This document shows, in pieces, positions 22,371 to 34,686 of a DNA stretch of 51,724 nucleotides; position 1 is the first letter of the stretch; each line of letters opens with the position of its first letter. The stretch comes from Octopus bimaculoides. Lineage: Eukaryota. The stretch is from positions 12,137,496-12,189,219 of the forward strand of contig NC_069005.1 of the NCBI RefSeq assembly GCF_001194135.2. Direction: 5' to 3'. The position numbers were made by a program, and so were the translations under genes. A model generated the notes under the pieces. The model made no database searches, had not been told where the DNA came from, and was given only the letters and a program-made list of their open reading frames with translations.

Positions 22371-22487
22371 AGGCGTGACTAGGTGGAAAGTAGTTTGCTT
22401 CACAACCGCACAACCATATGCTTCCGAGTTTAATCCCACTGTGCCGCACCTCGCGCAAGTGACTTCTTTTGCGTCGGGCCGATTAAA
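22371..22487 (+). mobile_element. SINE group B head fragment directly behind the previous copy
   Basis: AGGCGTGACTAGGTGGAAAGTAGTTTGCTTC...GAGTTTAATCCCACTGTGCCGCACC...TCGGGCCGA. Confidence 0.65.
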
Positions 22488-22818
22488 CATATATATATAT
22501 ATATATATATAACCAAAATTTAAATTTAAAACAGAGTTTTGACGCTGATATCCATTATTATTGAAATTTATTCCTATGTCAACATTTCTGTATAAGTCTA
22601 TATTTAACTGTCAAATTCAAGTCAAACATATAATTTACCTTACATATCTTCAGGGAAAAAAGTAAAGAACAAAAAGTAAACACCAAAAACATCGTCTCTA
22701 AGGCCAGTATATGTGTGTGTGCATGTGTTTGTCTCTGTGCTTGTTCCCCTTCTTACTATATCGGTAGCGATTACATGTTTTTCTTATCATCAACACATTG
22801 TAGAGATATCATCATATG

Positions 22819-22878
<60 letters not shown>

Positions 22879-24016
22879 ATAATGTGTGAGATCCTTGGTA
22901 CAGTTGTGTATATTTGACAAAAGTAAAAGTATGACTTCATTGGTCGTTCTCTTAAGTTTCATTTATTATTAACTAATTAAAAATAATAAATTAAACTCAT
23001 TAGAAATACCAATGAAGTCATTCTTTTTCTTGTTTCAAATATATATATATATCACCTGGATAATCATATATGTCAAGTAGTATATAAATTTATAACTTCT
23101 CAGTTCGTAACTAGTTTGATAGGTGATAATGCATGAGACTCCCTGTCATTGAGTCACTCTGTTAATTTTGGCACATATTAATAAACACACACATACACAC
23201 ACGCGCGCACAAACGCGCGAACACACATGTATATATATATATATATATATAAATATATATATATATAATCAATCCAATGAATAAAATCGTTTCTGGCAGG
23301 GTGAATTGGGTTATGGTGCTGCTTTTCTCACAGACCGTGCCCAACTAACCCTACTATACTCTCAAGTCAACAAAATCAAAAGTATACCATCCGGATGCGC
23401 GAAATTATAATCATAACATGGCGTCAATTTACCAATAACACCCGGTATAATTATTTATATGTATGCGTGTGTTTAAACGTATGTAATGTACGTATATGTT
23501 GGATTGTATTTGACAGTGAATCAGTAAAGTTTTTCAATGTCGACCTCCCAACATTAACAAATACAACAACAAAAATATAGATTACATGAATATTTTATAT
23601 TAAAAAACGAAGATGGATTTTCTATACGTCGTCACGCGCTTTAGTTTCTATGTATGTATGCATGCGATGTATGAGCGTTTGTGTGCATTTATATATATAT
23701 ATATATATATATANNNNNNNNNNNNNNNNNNNNNNNNNNNNNNNNNNNNNNNNNNNNNNNNNNNNNNNNNNNNNNNNNNNNNNNNNNNNNNNNNNNNNNN
23801 NNNNNNNNNNNNNNNNNNNNNNNNNNNNNNNNNNNNNNNNNNNNNNNNNNNNNNNNNNNNNNNNNNNNNNNNNNNNNNNNNNNNNNNNNNNNNNNNNNNN
23901 NNNNNNNNNNNNNNNNNNNNNNNNNNNNNNNNNNNNNNNNNNNNNNNNNNNNNNNNNNNNNNNNNNNNNNNNNNNNNNNNNNNNNNNNNNNNNNNNNNNN
24001 NNNNNNNNNNNNNNNN

Positions 24017-24064
<48 letters not shown>

Positions 24065-24141
24065 TATATACACACACATTCATAAATAATATACAAAGCT
24101 CGCACAAAAATGTTTACTTGAGAGTGTGTATACACATACAG

Positions 24142-24335
24142 ACTCTATAATGTATGTATAGGCGATAGAGTGGCTGTGCGGTAAGTGACATGTTTCCCAA
24201 TCGCATGGTTCCGGGTTCGGACCTACACCGTGTGGCCTTGGGCAGGTGTCTTCTGATATACCCTCGGGCCGACCAAAGCCTTGTGAATAGATTTAGTAGA
24301 CGGAAACTGGAGGAAGCCCGTCGTATATATATGTG
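24142..24335 (+). repeat. 194-bp local duplicate of 21959-22152 (flank plus SINE B head)
   Basis: 3 mismatches in 194 bp, with the shared non-SINE flank ACTCTATAATGTATGTATA included in the match. Confidence 0.9.
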
Positions 24336-24359
24336 ACTTGTTTATCGGTCAGACAGGGA

Positions 24360-24589
24360 TATATTTATTTCTTTATTGCCCACAAGGGGCTAAACATAGA
24401 TGGGACTAACAAGGACAGAGAAAGGGATTAAGTCGACTACATCCGACCTCAGTGCGTAACTGGTGCTCATTTAATCGACCCCGAAAGGATGAAAAGTAAA
24501 TTCGTCCTCGGTGGAATTTGAACTCAGAACGTAAAGACCGACGAAATACCGCTAAGCATTTCGACCGGCGTGCTAACGATTCTGCCAGT
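24360..24589 (-). mobile_element. SINE group C, long-tail variant
   Basis: Reverse complement of CTGGCAGAATCGTTAGCACGCCGGTCGAAATGCTTAGCGG...GTTCTGAGTTCAAATTCCACCGAGG...GGGGTCGATTAAATGAGCACCAG..., with tail CCCCTTGTGGGCAATAAAGAAATAAA. Confidence 0.9.
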
Positions 24590-24850
24590 AATATATTAAA
24601 ACACTGTCCTCTGACAGTCGTACATTGCTTCCTCTGCTATGCTTATGCATAAATTTGTATGTCGATCTATTAAGGTTTCAAAATTTCTGTTTTTATTGCA
24701 AACAACTTAGTAGTAATAAAAACATATATACATGGCAAATTGCCCTCGTACATGCAGAACATACGAAACCAGTAATTGTCTTCTAGGTATCGAAATATGT
24801 ACCTACCGATAACTACGATAACAAACCACACGTATATCCAGCATCGTTTA

Positions 24851-24883
<33 letters not shown>

Positions 24884-24906
24884 NNNNNNNNNNCCAGCAT
24901 CGTTTA

Positions 24907-24938
<32 letters not shown>

Positions 24939-25059
24939 GTGAATGGTTATGTTTGTAGGTTTGTGTCAGCTTGTGTGTGAGTGTGTCACTAGTGTGTGTA
25001 TGAGTGTGTGTGTGTGTGTGCGCTTGGTGTACTTATATATATGCCTATACATGAATGTC

Positions 25060-25320
25060 TCTATACGTGTCTGTAGGTGTCTGTTTGCTCTTCTTCGTTC
25101 ATATTTTCTCGACTAATGACTCTTCGCATCTTTGCATTATTTATGCGTTCGACATTTTCCATAAATGAGTCAGAGGGAATATGTCCTGTTCGTATCATCA
25201 CTCCAAGCTTTGTGTTCGCCGGCTCATACATTTCTTTGCAGGCTATGTAGAACACCGACACAAATCGACCCAAATATGAAACTGGCACTTTTTGGAACAA
25301 TCCGAGAGACTTTTATATAT
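25060..25320 (-). mobile_element. Possible Helitron 5' relic
   Basis: Begins near AGATATATAAAAG; peptide VERINNAKMRRVISRENMNEEEQ resembles the low-complexity N-terminus of animal Helitron Rep/Hel ORFs. Weak. Confidence 0.2.
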
Positions 25321-26064
25321 CTCCTTTGTCTTCTACGAATAGCAACTGTATTTCCCCAAAATACTATGTTACTGATTTGGGTGTGTGGGCGGCTACATTA
25401 ACGGACAGGTTTGACAACCCCTTCACAATACCATCAGAACTTACTGATTGAGGACGGCAGTTTCCATTGATATGCGCATTAGATTATTCATTATCACTCA
25501 TAGAGACGTATAACTGTCATTTATTTTTAAGAACTGAGTTTCCTATAATTCAGTGAACTTTTAGTGGTGACAGATTCGTAAATATTATTTCAGACACCTT
25601 CTCTAACTGACTCTCGTATATGATGCATAGAATATGTCTGGAAAAGTAAGATAATTTCATACTTTTCATCATAAATATAATTATATTTGGAGCTAAACAA
25701 AAACAAATAAGCAAGCAATTATTTTACCAATCTCGGAAAAAATAAAATCAGAAGTCGATTCCAGAGTAATTTGAATTGAAGATGTATTTGCAAAATTTCA
25801 GTGGTGGAAGAAATAATGTAGTACAGTCTCCTGATTCGGCCATCCAATTTCCATCCTAAGTCTTTCGCTGTGAAATTAAATTTCGTGTTTATTCCTATAA
25901 TAAAGTTAAATATCTGCCATGAAATAGAATTTATATTTTCTGAAAGTTGTGTTGCTTCAATAAACTTGATATATTTCAACAGAAAGTAGTTTCAGACATG
26001 AAACCCCTCAACAGAATCTAGGTATATAAAGCTGCATCCCGAAAGTAAGAGTAATAAAATGCCT

Positions 26065-26460
26065 CTAAGCAAAATGCTTAGCGACATTTTCTCAGTCATT
26101 ACCTTCTGAGTCCAAATTCCACCGAGGTCGACATTATGTTTCAATCCTTTCGAGATCGATGAAATAAGTACCAGGTGCGTACTAGGGTCGATGTAATCGA
26201 CATGCATCCTCCCTCGAAATTACTGGCTTTGTGCCAAAATTTGTGAGGAATATTAAGGAGGCGAGCTGGCAGAATCGTTAGCACGCCAAGCAAAATGCTT
26301 ACCGACATTTCGTCCGTGTTTAAGTTCTCAGTTCAAAATCTGCCGAGATAGACTTTGCCTTTCATCTTTTTGGTGTCGATAAAATAAGTACTAGTTGAGT
26401 ACTGGGGTCGATTTAATCGACTTATCTCTCCTAATCCGGCCATGTCCTAAGGATTTGACA
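26065..26460 (+). mobile_element. Two head-to-tail SINE group C copies (26065-26245 and 26256-26460)
   Basis: Both show AAAATGCTTA..GACATTT...TTCT.AGT.CAAA...CCGAG...TCGAT.AAATAAGTAC...GGGTCGAT.TAATCGAC. Confidence 0.85.
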
Positions 26461-26711
26461 TCAATATTTCATTGACTACTGGGTGCGAGATTTGAACGCA
26501 GCATACAGCAAGTTATATCATGTTGGTCATTAGGAGTTGAAAAAGAACTCGTAGTCAGAGATGTTCCCATAAACACTTTCTCATCTGACTTACCACTGAA
26601 ATTACACGCAGAAATCAATCATCGAACGTGTTTTCCTCCTTTTTTCTTTTAAGTTTTTGAAGCCAACGAGATTATATGATTTGGTGAAAATATATCTGTG
26701 GTATCTGAAAT

Positions 26712-27031
26712 GGCACCCTGTGGGTTACGAGACGAGGGTTCCAGTTCATCCAATCAATGGAACAATTTGTTCGTTAAATTAACGCGCATGAGTCTGGGCA
26801 ATACGCGGACATGCGTACCCGCAACGTAGTTCTCAGAAAGATTCGTGGCAACACAGAACATGACGAGGCTGACCATTTGAAATACGGGTACAACTCACAT
26901 TTGCCAGATGAGTGGACAGGAGAAACGTGAAATAAAATATCTTGCTTAAAGACAGAACGAGTCGGTGGGAGTAGAACTGATGACCTTACGATCGTTAGCC
27001 GAATACCTTTAACCACTAAGCCACGTGCCTT
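26712..27031 (-). mobile_element. tRNA-derived SINE, group A
   Basis: Reverse complement of GGCACGTGGCTTAGTGGTTAAAGGTATTCGGCTAACGATCGTAAGGTCATCAGTTC...GTGTCTTTAAGCAAG... and tail ACCCTCGTCTCGTAACCCACAGGGTGCC. Confidence 0.85.
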
Positions 27032-27527
27032 CACCTGTAGTATCTAGTAATACAAATAACCATGCCGGAACTTATTTGAAATAGCAGTCAAATACTATAA
27101 GCGAGTTTGTTCGACACTCTGTAGCGATCTGCTACTTTATCAATGCCAACACATCTGTTATTAATCTCACAATACCATTAACTATGTAACATCCTCTCTC
27201 TACAGCACTACATCGAATATTCTCTGTTCGATTATTTAATTGGTTTTGAAGTTCGTGTTGATAACTCCTGCAGTTGACATTCTTTACGTCACATCTCAAG
27301 TCTCTTTTTGTTTGTGTGTTCCTTTTCTGTTTTTTTTTTTTTTTTGCTTTTGGTTAGCTACAATGCAATTAATCCACGTACATTCAACAAAGCAAATGTT
27401 ACACAACGCGAGAGAGCTTTTCTTCATTGTTCATTTGTATCAACTTTTTTCATACTATTGTCACCTAGAATTTTACATATCTTTTAGATGCAATATCTAT
27501 TTATCTATCCATATAATATATATACAC

Positions 27528-27570
<43 letters not shown>

Positions 27571-27892
27571 NNNNNNNNNNNNNNNNNNNNNNNNNNNNNN
27601 NNNNNNNNNNNNNNNNNNNNNNNNNNNNNNNNNNNNNNNNNNNNNNNNNNNNNNNNNNNNNNNNNNNNNNNNNNNNNNNNNNNNNNNNNNNNNNNNNNNN
27701 NNNNNNNNNNNNNNNNNNNNNNNNNNNNNNNNNNNNNNNNNNNNNNNNNNNNNNNNNNNNNNNNNNNNNNNNNNNNNNNNNNNNNNNNNNNNNNNNNNAT
27801 ATATATATGTATGTATGTATGTTCGTATGTGCATATATATACATGAGGATTATATAAATACGTGCATATGCATACATATACATACTCATATG

Positions 27893-27945
<53 letters not shown>

Positions 27946-28229
27946 CTATTTATTTGTCTGTCTGTGTGCTTGTGTTTGTGTGTGTGCTTGCTTGTTTGTT
28001 TGTAGATAGGAAAACTTTCATAGTGTGCTAAAACTGTGTGTCATCCTAAATTGCATTGTTAGAAGGAGGCAAGAAGCAGTTTTCCGTCTGACAACGCACA
28101 TGACAAGAAGCACGTATTTTTCTAAAGTACATTTTCTGTGTGAAAATATTTACTTGAGTAGTTTTGATAATTAGGTGTTAGCCGATGACATCTCACTCAT
28201 TACTTTACTGATAATTTATTTTATAGATA

Positions 28230-28660
28230 CCACAAGGACGAAAGCTAAAATGAGCTCAGTAAGATTTGATCGCAGAGTATCAGAAAGGCATAAAAAAATA
28301 ATGCAAGTTATTTCGTTCGACGTTAATGGTTCTGTCAATCCATCGAACATATTTGTTGCAAAGCGACGTCGTTTCTGCTTGATCACACTTCGCGTCACTT
28401 CGAGCAATAATCTTCCAGCATATCCTATTTTAACTAAAGATTAGTAACAACTGGTACATGGCTCCAGTATGGAAGTCCATGGAAAAGAATGTAAGTCTTC
28501 TCAGGTGATAGATTTAAAATCGTCCCACAGTTTATAGAAGATATCTGGTCGTAAGCATCCTTACTGAAGAAAATTCGACCATGTATCTAGTTTGTAGATA
28601 ACTTGCCCACTTCCTGCGATTTGTCACAGAAGCCCTGATAAAGGATTTTAGGTAAAACTT
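28230..28660 (-). mobile_element. Possible decayed RT relic (RTE-like, mid-RT region)
   Basis: One frame with two stops: FYKLWDDFKSIT*EDLHSFPWTSILE...GRLLLEVTRSV...FDGLTEPLTS...CLSDTLRSNLTELIL, resembling LF.DFKKAFD.VHR..LW.IL...GKL..IIR...DGLTEPF...QGC.LSPTLFN. Comparison by eye only. Confidence 0.3.
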
Positions 28661-28789
28661 ATTGTCTCCAAATTGAAGTATTCGTCTGATTTAATCGCTG
28701 GATGACATGGATTGTTTGATGGCTTGTTTGTTTGCTCACCTCATACTTTTGCTTGATAGGACCGTGGTCATCCCGGGTTAGTTGCACCA

Positions 28790-28960
28790 GAGTTGTCATC
28801 ATGCGCGGAGCTGACCAGGTCTTCCATTGCTCTTCATCGCTGGTGGTCCCGTGCCAGCCCCTCTACGTCAGCAACCTGCCCAGAACTGTCAACCTGTTAC
28901 GATACCGACATGGACTGCTTGGTCATTTTTTTTCTATCAATGTTCTATGTTCAAATATTA
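28790..28960 (-). mobile_element. Possible RTE ORF C-terminal relic
   Basis: RTLIEKK/MTK...VEGLARDHQR*RAMEDLVS resembles the RTE end RRT.EKE....E.LA.DR..WR..V..L; the TGA falls at the conserved W position. Confidence 0.3.
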
Positions 28961-29767
28961 TTGCTTTACAATTATTTATGCTTTGCAATTACACTGGCAG
29001 TGCCCCACTATGGGCACAGCCTTTGGGTTGAAACGCACAAAATAATAAAAAAATAAGCCAGGCAAGAAATTGTCGTTGTTGTTGCTGTCGTTGGTTTATT
29101 ATACCCACTTTCGATCCCACACAGCATACATATTTATAAATTTCGGTCCACGCGTAACAATTACGTATTATTTTCAGTTTCACTATATGTAAGCTTATTC
29201 AATTCAAGATGGCGTTTCTACTTTAAAAAAAAATGGATACGATTACAACGAGGGTTGATTGTTATACGAAGCAGGTTCAACGACACCTCAGAAGTAACTC
29301 CAGTGAAATATCAATAACACTGCGTGGCAGAACACGTGGCTTTACGCCAATTACAAATAAATTGATTACAAAAAAAAAATAATAATAAATAAAATAAACA
29401 TTCATCTTGGCTTCACGAATTTGAAATTATTTAAAACTAAATTTATAATTACTACAAATGAAACAATATAGATATTTCAGCAATTGTTACAGTTTTATTA
29501 ATTAGGCGTTAGGTCTGGAATAAAAAATGCAATGTCAATATTAATATTTAAGGCGTCTCGTATAGATATACAGGGAGAAACGAGGTCCAGCTTAGGCAAG
29601 GCCACAAGGTAATCATAATGCCTGCAGTATGCCATTTCCCTTCACTTCCGTTGATATACCTTTGGGAAAGACCTGTACGTCAAACTATTTAATTCTCTAA
29701 AATGTCTGACATTTATACTTAGTCACAGAGAAAACACTATTAACTAAAATATGTGTGTGAGCGTGTA

Positions 29768-29802
<35 letters not shown>

Positions 29803-30835
29803 TTATGTGTCTGCGTGTGTATGTGTGCGTGCGTGCGTGTATGTACACACAATCAAACGCGCAAACATACACAAACAAACACATGCACATAATTCTATTA
29901 CTTGTCTATATCACTGTTGTTACCCAGACATTAATCAGTTTAAAATCTGACGTATAGGTGTTGAGAAACGAACACACAAACACACACACAAGCACACACA
30001 CGTACACACACTCACACACGCATGTGTATATATACATATGTGTATGTATTTATATATGCGCGTGTGTACTTATATNNNNNNNNNNNNNNNNNNNNNNNNN
30101 NNNNNNNNNNNNNNNNNNNNNNNNNNNNNNNNNNNNNNNNNNNNNNNNNNNNNNNNNNNNNNNNNNNNNNNNNNNNNNNNNNNNNNNNNNNNNNNNNNNN
30201 NNNNNNNNNNNNNNNNNNNNNNNNNNNNNNNNNTATATATATATATACATACATATATATATATATATACATATTGGTGCATATATAAGCATACATTTAT
30301 ATATATATATATATATATATATACATACACACATGTATATGAATATATATATACCTATATATTTGTATACGAATAAGTACGTATATGTGAGTGGGTACGT
30401 ATAACATATAAAAGCAATAAAATTTTAAAAAGAGACATTACCACAATATTGTTTTCAAGCTATCGGTGGTTTGTAAATATATAAAACTGAAGGCAAGACG
30501 CGATATTTTGTCGAATATTTGTCTCCATTCATTGAAATGAAACTTTAAATGTTGACACTCTTCTTTATTGAAGCCTCTAAATGTGTCCACTATTTTAATG
30601 TCTACTATGGTAAAATTTATGGCAGACTTTATTAAGAAGTCAACCGGTAACAGAATATTTACGTAGGAAACAGACAGAATTCGATGACGCAAAGTACATT
30701 GTTGGCTAGAGAATCTTGGCGAAGCCACTTGATTTGCTAGAATGGTTAGCTAAATGATTCGCACCTTATCGTTTGAAATACCGAAAGGACTTTTTTTAAT
30801 GTCGTACTCTCTCCTAGAAACTGTGATTCGTGCTG

Positions 30836-31131
30836 TTTATCTTTTCAGACATCAGACCGAGCCCAATTTGGGGCACCACCTTCAAGAATTTTAGCCCAAC
30901 TAATCGACCCAAGTATTTATTTTCTTTTTAAGCCTGTTGCTTATTCTCTCTATCTTTTTTGCCGAACTGCTAAACTACGGCGATATAAACACACGAACAC
31001 CGGTCGGTAAGCGGTGGTGTGGTACACACCCACCCACCCACGCACACACATATACACACACAGGCACACACACATATACGTATATATATATATATATATA
31101 TATATGTGAGTGTGTGTGTGTNNNNNNNNNN

Positions 31132-31187
<56 letters not shown>

Positions 31188-31346
31188 CAGGTTTCTTTCA
31201 GTTTCCGTCTTGCAAATCCACCCACAGGGCTTTGGTTGCTCCGGGGTTATAGAAGAAGATGCTTGTCCGAGGTGCCTCGCAGTGGGACTGAACTAGGAAC
31301 GATATGGTTGGGAAACAAGCAGCTTACTACACACGCACGCCTGCGC
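30836..31346 (-). mobile_element. SINE group B, full length with expanded internal (TG)n
   Basis: Head reverse complement GGCGCAGGCGTGCGTG..GTAGTAAG...CCCAACCATATCGTTCCTAGTTCAGTCCCACTGCGAGGCACC; body and tail colinear with other B copies. Confidence 0.85.
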
Positions 31347-32060
31347 CAATTGTATAATGATTTCTAAATAATTTTAGTGGCTTGATCTAGAAATAGAAGG
31401 TTATGTCGATGACTTTTAATCAGGGAGTTTGTAACTGATAGCCTGAAGTAAAGAAGCTATATGTACAACGTAGACATGGTCTTGATGCTCACAATAGATT
31501 TGGTCTATTGAACGTAATCCGATCCAAGGCAACCCGTGTATGATTTACTCGTTTCTACAAATGCAAGAGCCTCAGCTCATTGCGGCCACGGAATCTCTCT
31601 CCACTTCGGTTATTCAACGTTTGTGTCACATTACTCGATTTATTAGAAATGATAGCCAACGTCTCTCGCAAATCACACACCATCACATATTAAATATAAA
31701 GAAGGAAACAGAGGTTAATGATGCTTTAGATAGAAGTTAATGCTGAGCAAAAGAAGAAAAAAAGAAACAAAACAAAACTAGAACATTCATGCCGGAATTA
31801 GTTTCGATAGATTGGTCACATAATCCGAAATTCTCTGTAGATGACCAGCAACAACCGTGACGACTGAGCTGTGCCATAATATTATAAATATGATTCTCTT
31901 CATACTTCTTGCGGCGGTTTAATGTTTAAGACAATTCAGATTTCGAAATTCTCTCCCTTGGCATTCATGAAAAATAGTGTCATGAACGCTATCGATAGTT
32001 TATTCTGGTTTCTGGTATAACTTAAAGTGACCGAACAGATATACTTTTGAACTTACTAGA

Positions 32061-32263
32061 TTAACCCTTTACCTGCCCAAAGGATTTGTCCTAAACACCT
32101 TTACTTTTAGTCTTTTAGTCTGCTCTTGTTTCATACGTTCTGAGTAATATAAAGTTTTCCTTTTATAAGTCCAAAGTTACTCTGGTAGCTAAAAACAATT
32201 AGTAATGTTTATCATATATAATGCATGGAAACCAAAATGTATGTGACGGTAAATGTATCTTAA
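32061..32263. mobile_element. Possible piggyBac-type MITE (TTAA-bounded), decayed
   Basis: Left TTAACCCTTTACC; right GGTAAATGTATCTTAA is a degenerate complement. Confidence 0.3.
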
Positions 32264-32267
32264 CTCA

Positions 32268-32391
32268 CACTTAACTATATGCTCTTCGTACAGTAGGCAT
32301 CTCTGAAAAATATCTCAAAGGTAAAATTTAAATACTACTTTTGAGATATTTTTCAAAGATGTCTACTGTAGGAAGTGCATATAGTCAAGTG
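32268..32391. repeat. Fold-back / MITE-like element: 52-bp inverted arms (5 mismatches)
   Basis: 32268-32319 versus 32340-32391. Confidence 0.85.
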
Positions 32392-32994
32392 CAAGCGTTA
32401 AACTGCTGTTATCTCTTTAGATATATACAGAAAGGCAGCTCTTTGAAAATGAAACGGTATATCATCTTATGCTGACGAAATAAAATGATGAATATATTTC
32501 AAACGAGAGTAAAAACAAAAGAAGTAACAAAAAAAAAAAATGAAAGTATTGTTAAGAAGTGTCTCTGATTAAGAAAAAATGGCCTTGGAAAATAACAATT
32601 AGAATCAACGAATAAGATATGGTTCGCAAACAATGAAACCCCATTAAATACTCGATCCAACTGTCATGTTTTTAAAAGTTGCATCTGATTACTGCACACC
32701 AACAACAATCACGTAGAGGGAAAAATATCAGTAAAAGTCAAGCGTAAGAAAAGATATGCGGCTAATTTTCCTCCTCCTCCTCCTCCTTCTGCTGCTGCTC
32801 TTTGTGTTATTGTTGTTGTGGTGGTGGTGGTGGTATGGTATGGCATAAGTATGGGTTTAATGCTAGGCGGAACTAGGTTCATTGAAAGAGGAAGAAAATA
32901 CTTAACGCGTATATACGCAGATACATAAAGCACACTCACACACACACTTATACATATACGCAGATACATGCATATATACATACATCTTTTATCA

Positions 32995-33404
32995 TTTATC
33001 TTTACTTGTTTCATTCATTGCACCGCAGCCATACTGGAGCACCGCCTTGTAGAATTTTATTCGAATAAATTGACCCAAGTATTTATTTTTTAAGCCTGGT
33101 ACATATTCAATCGGATTCTTTTTGCCGAATTGCCAATTTACGGGGACGTAAACACGCCAATACCGGTTGTCAAGCGGGGGTGGGGGGAGACAAATGCCGA
33201 TACAAAGATACACACACACATACACACATACATATCTGCACATCCGTCTTTCTTCAGTTTCTGTCTAACAACTCCACTCACAAGATTTTGGTCCGTCCAA
33301 ATATATAGTAGAAGACACTTTCCCAAGTCTCCACACATTGAAATTGAACCAGGAACAATGTGATTGGGAAGCAAACTTCTTACCACACAGCCACGCCTAC
33401 GCCT
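32995..33404 (-). mobile_element. SINE group B, full length
   Basis: Head reverse complement GTAGGCGTGGCTGTGTGGTAAGAAGTTTGCTTCCCAATCACATTGTTCCTGGTTCAATTTC; tail TTTACTTGTTTCATTCATTGCACCGCAGCCATACTGGAGCACCGCC. Confidence 0.9.
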
Positions 33405-34182
33405 ACGTCTTCAATATTTTTAGTTTAATTCGGGAGAAGTTACGAAAGGCTCCCAAGAGCTGAGAGTCTCGTGCATGGCACAGACGGAAAGAAGAAGAAG
33501 AAGAAGAAATAAAGTGATTAATTAAGAAGTTCTACTTATTGGAACTCCTCTAAGCATATCTCTCATATTTCCACTGTAGGGAATTTTAAATTACCCGACT
33601 ATTAAGTATTTTCTTCAGAGTTTCCTTTAACTTTGTTAACTTTGTTTGCTGTTTCAATCACCTTTAAGAAACCAACATTCAAATATACATACCAACCTGA
33701 ATGATAAATTAAACATAGGAACCATAATTGTTGCTATTTACACGAAAAATATGTTCTGCTTACATTCGTAGATGTGGTCTACAGGTAGTCATGTTGAAAC
33801 CTAAACCTTAGACACAGGTTTCAGCTTAAAACTTTAATTAAGCTGTCGATGTCATTTCAATATAAAAGATTAACCCTTTGTTATGTATGCTTTAAAGATG
33901 TGTAACGTTAAGTCAGCGAATTCTCGCGAGCGGTACGTGAAGCAGAGGCCGAAGTCCATCGATAGCTTTCAAATCAGTAAAGTAGAAATGTTTTCTTGTT
34001 ATGGATATTGCTGTAAAGGGAGTGAAAAGCTCCAAAGTAATCACACAGAAAACAATACGCCAAAACGTTTTCGAAGCTATCAGTTCATACGCACCAGCCA
34101 GTTACGTCTAAGTGATCTTGCTATATATATATANNNNNNNNNNNNNNNNNNNNNNNNNNNNNNNNNNNNNNNNNNNNNNNNN

Positions 34183-34294
34183 GTTAAAGAGCGTAGGCGC
34201 GAAACGTAAAAGACTTTCTCACTTTCCCGAGCGTTAAACTAATATACCTGTTTGTTGCTTACACACCTGACTTCGTTTTTTCTTTGCAAATTCC

Positions 34295-34295
<1 letters not shown>
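34183..34295 (+). mobile_element. Possible Penelope-like terminal repeat fragment with the 3' half of a hammerhead-like motif
   Basis: AAGAGC-GTAG-GCGC-GAAA-CGT-A (stem II, GAAA, palindromic ACGT, GUA). The 5' core would lie in the N-gap; the fragment ends in (TA)n. Confidence 0.35.
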
Positions 34296-34322
<27 letters not shown>

Positions 34323-34326
<4 letters not shown>

Positions 34327-34686
34327 AGGCGTAGCTGTGTGGTAAGGAGCATTCTTCTTAACCACATGGTTCCCGATTCAGTGCCACTGCATGGCAACTT
34401 GGGCGGACTGAAAGAAGCAGGCGGAAACTGAATGAAGCCCGTCGTATATATATGTATATTTCTACCTATGCCTTTGTGTCTGCGTTTCTCCCCCTAAAAT
34501 TGATTAACAACCGGTGTTGGTGTGCTTGCCTCTCCTAACATAAATGTTAAGCAAAAAAGGTTGATAGATAAGTAATAGGTTTTTGAAATATATGCTGGGA
34601 TCGATTTGTTCGACTAAAACTCCTCGAGGTGATGATCCAGCATGGCCGCAGTAAAATGACTGAAACAAGTAAAAGAATAAAAGAAT
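34323..34686 (+). mobile_element. SINE group B with internal deletion in the head
   Basis: GCGCAGGCGTAGCTGTGTGGTAAGGAGC...GAAGCCCGTCGTATATATATG...CCAGCATGGCCGCAGTAAAATGACTGAAACAAGTAAAAGAATAAAAG. Confidence 0.9.

Noticed and set aside
24838-24937. Direct repeat CCAGCATCGTTTAG(TA)n either side of a 10-N gap
   Set aside because: Typical contig-overlap (negative gap) artefact.
29200-29345. CAAGATGGCG (YY1-like) and CACGTG motifs
   Set aside because: Isolated short motifs without CpG-island or exon context.
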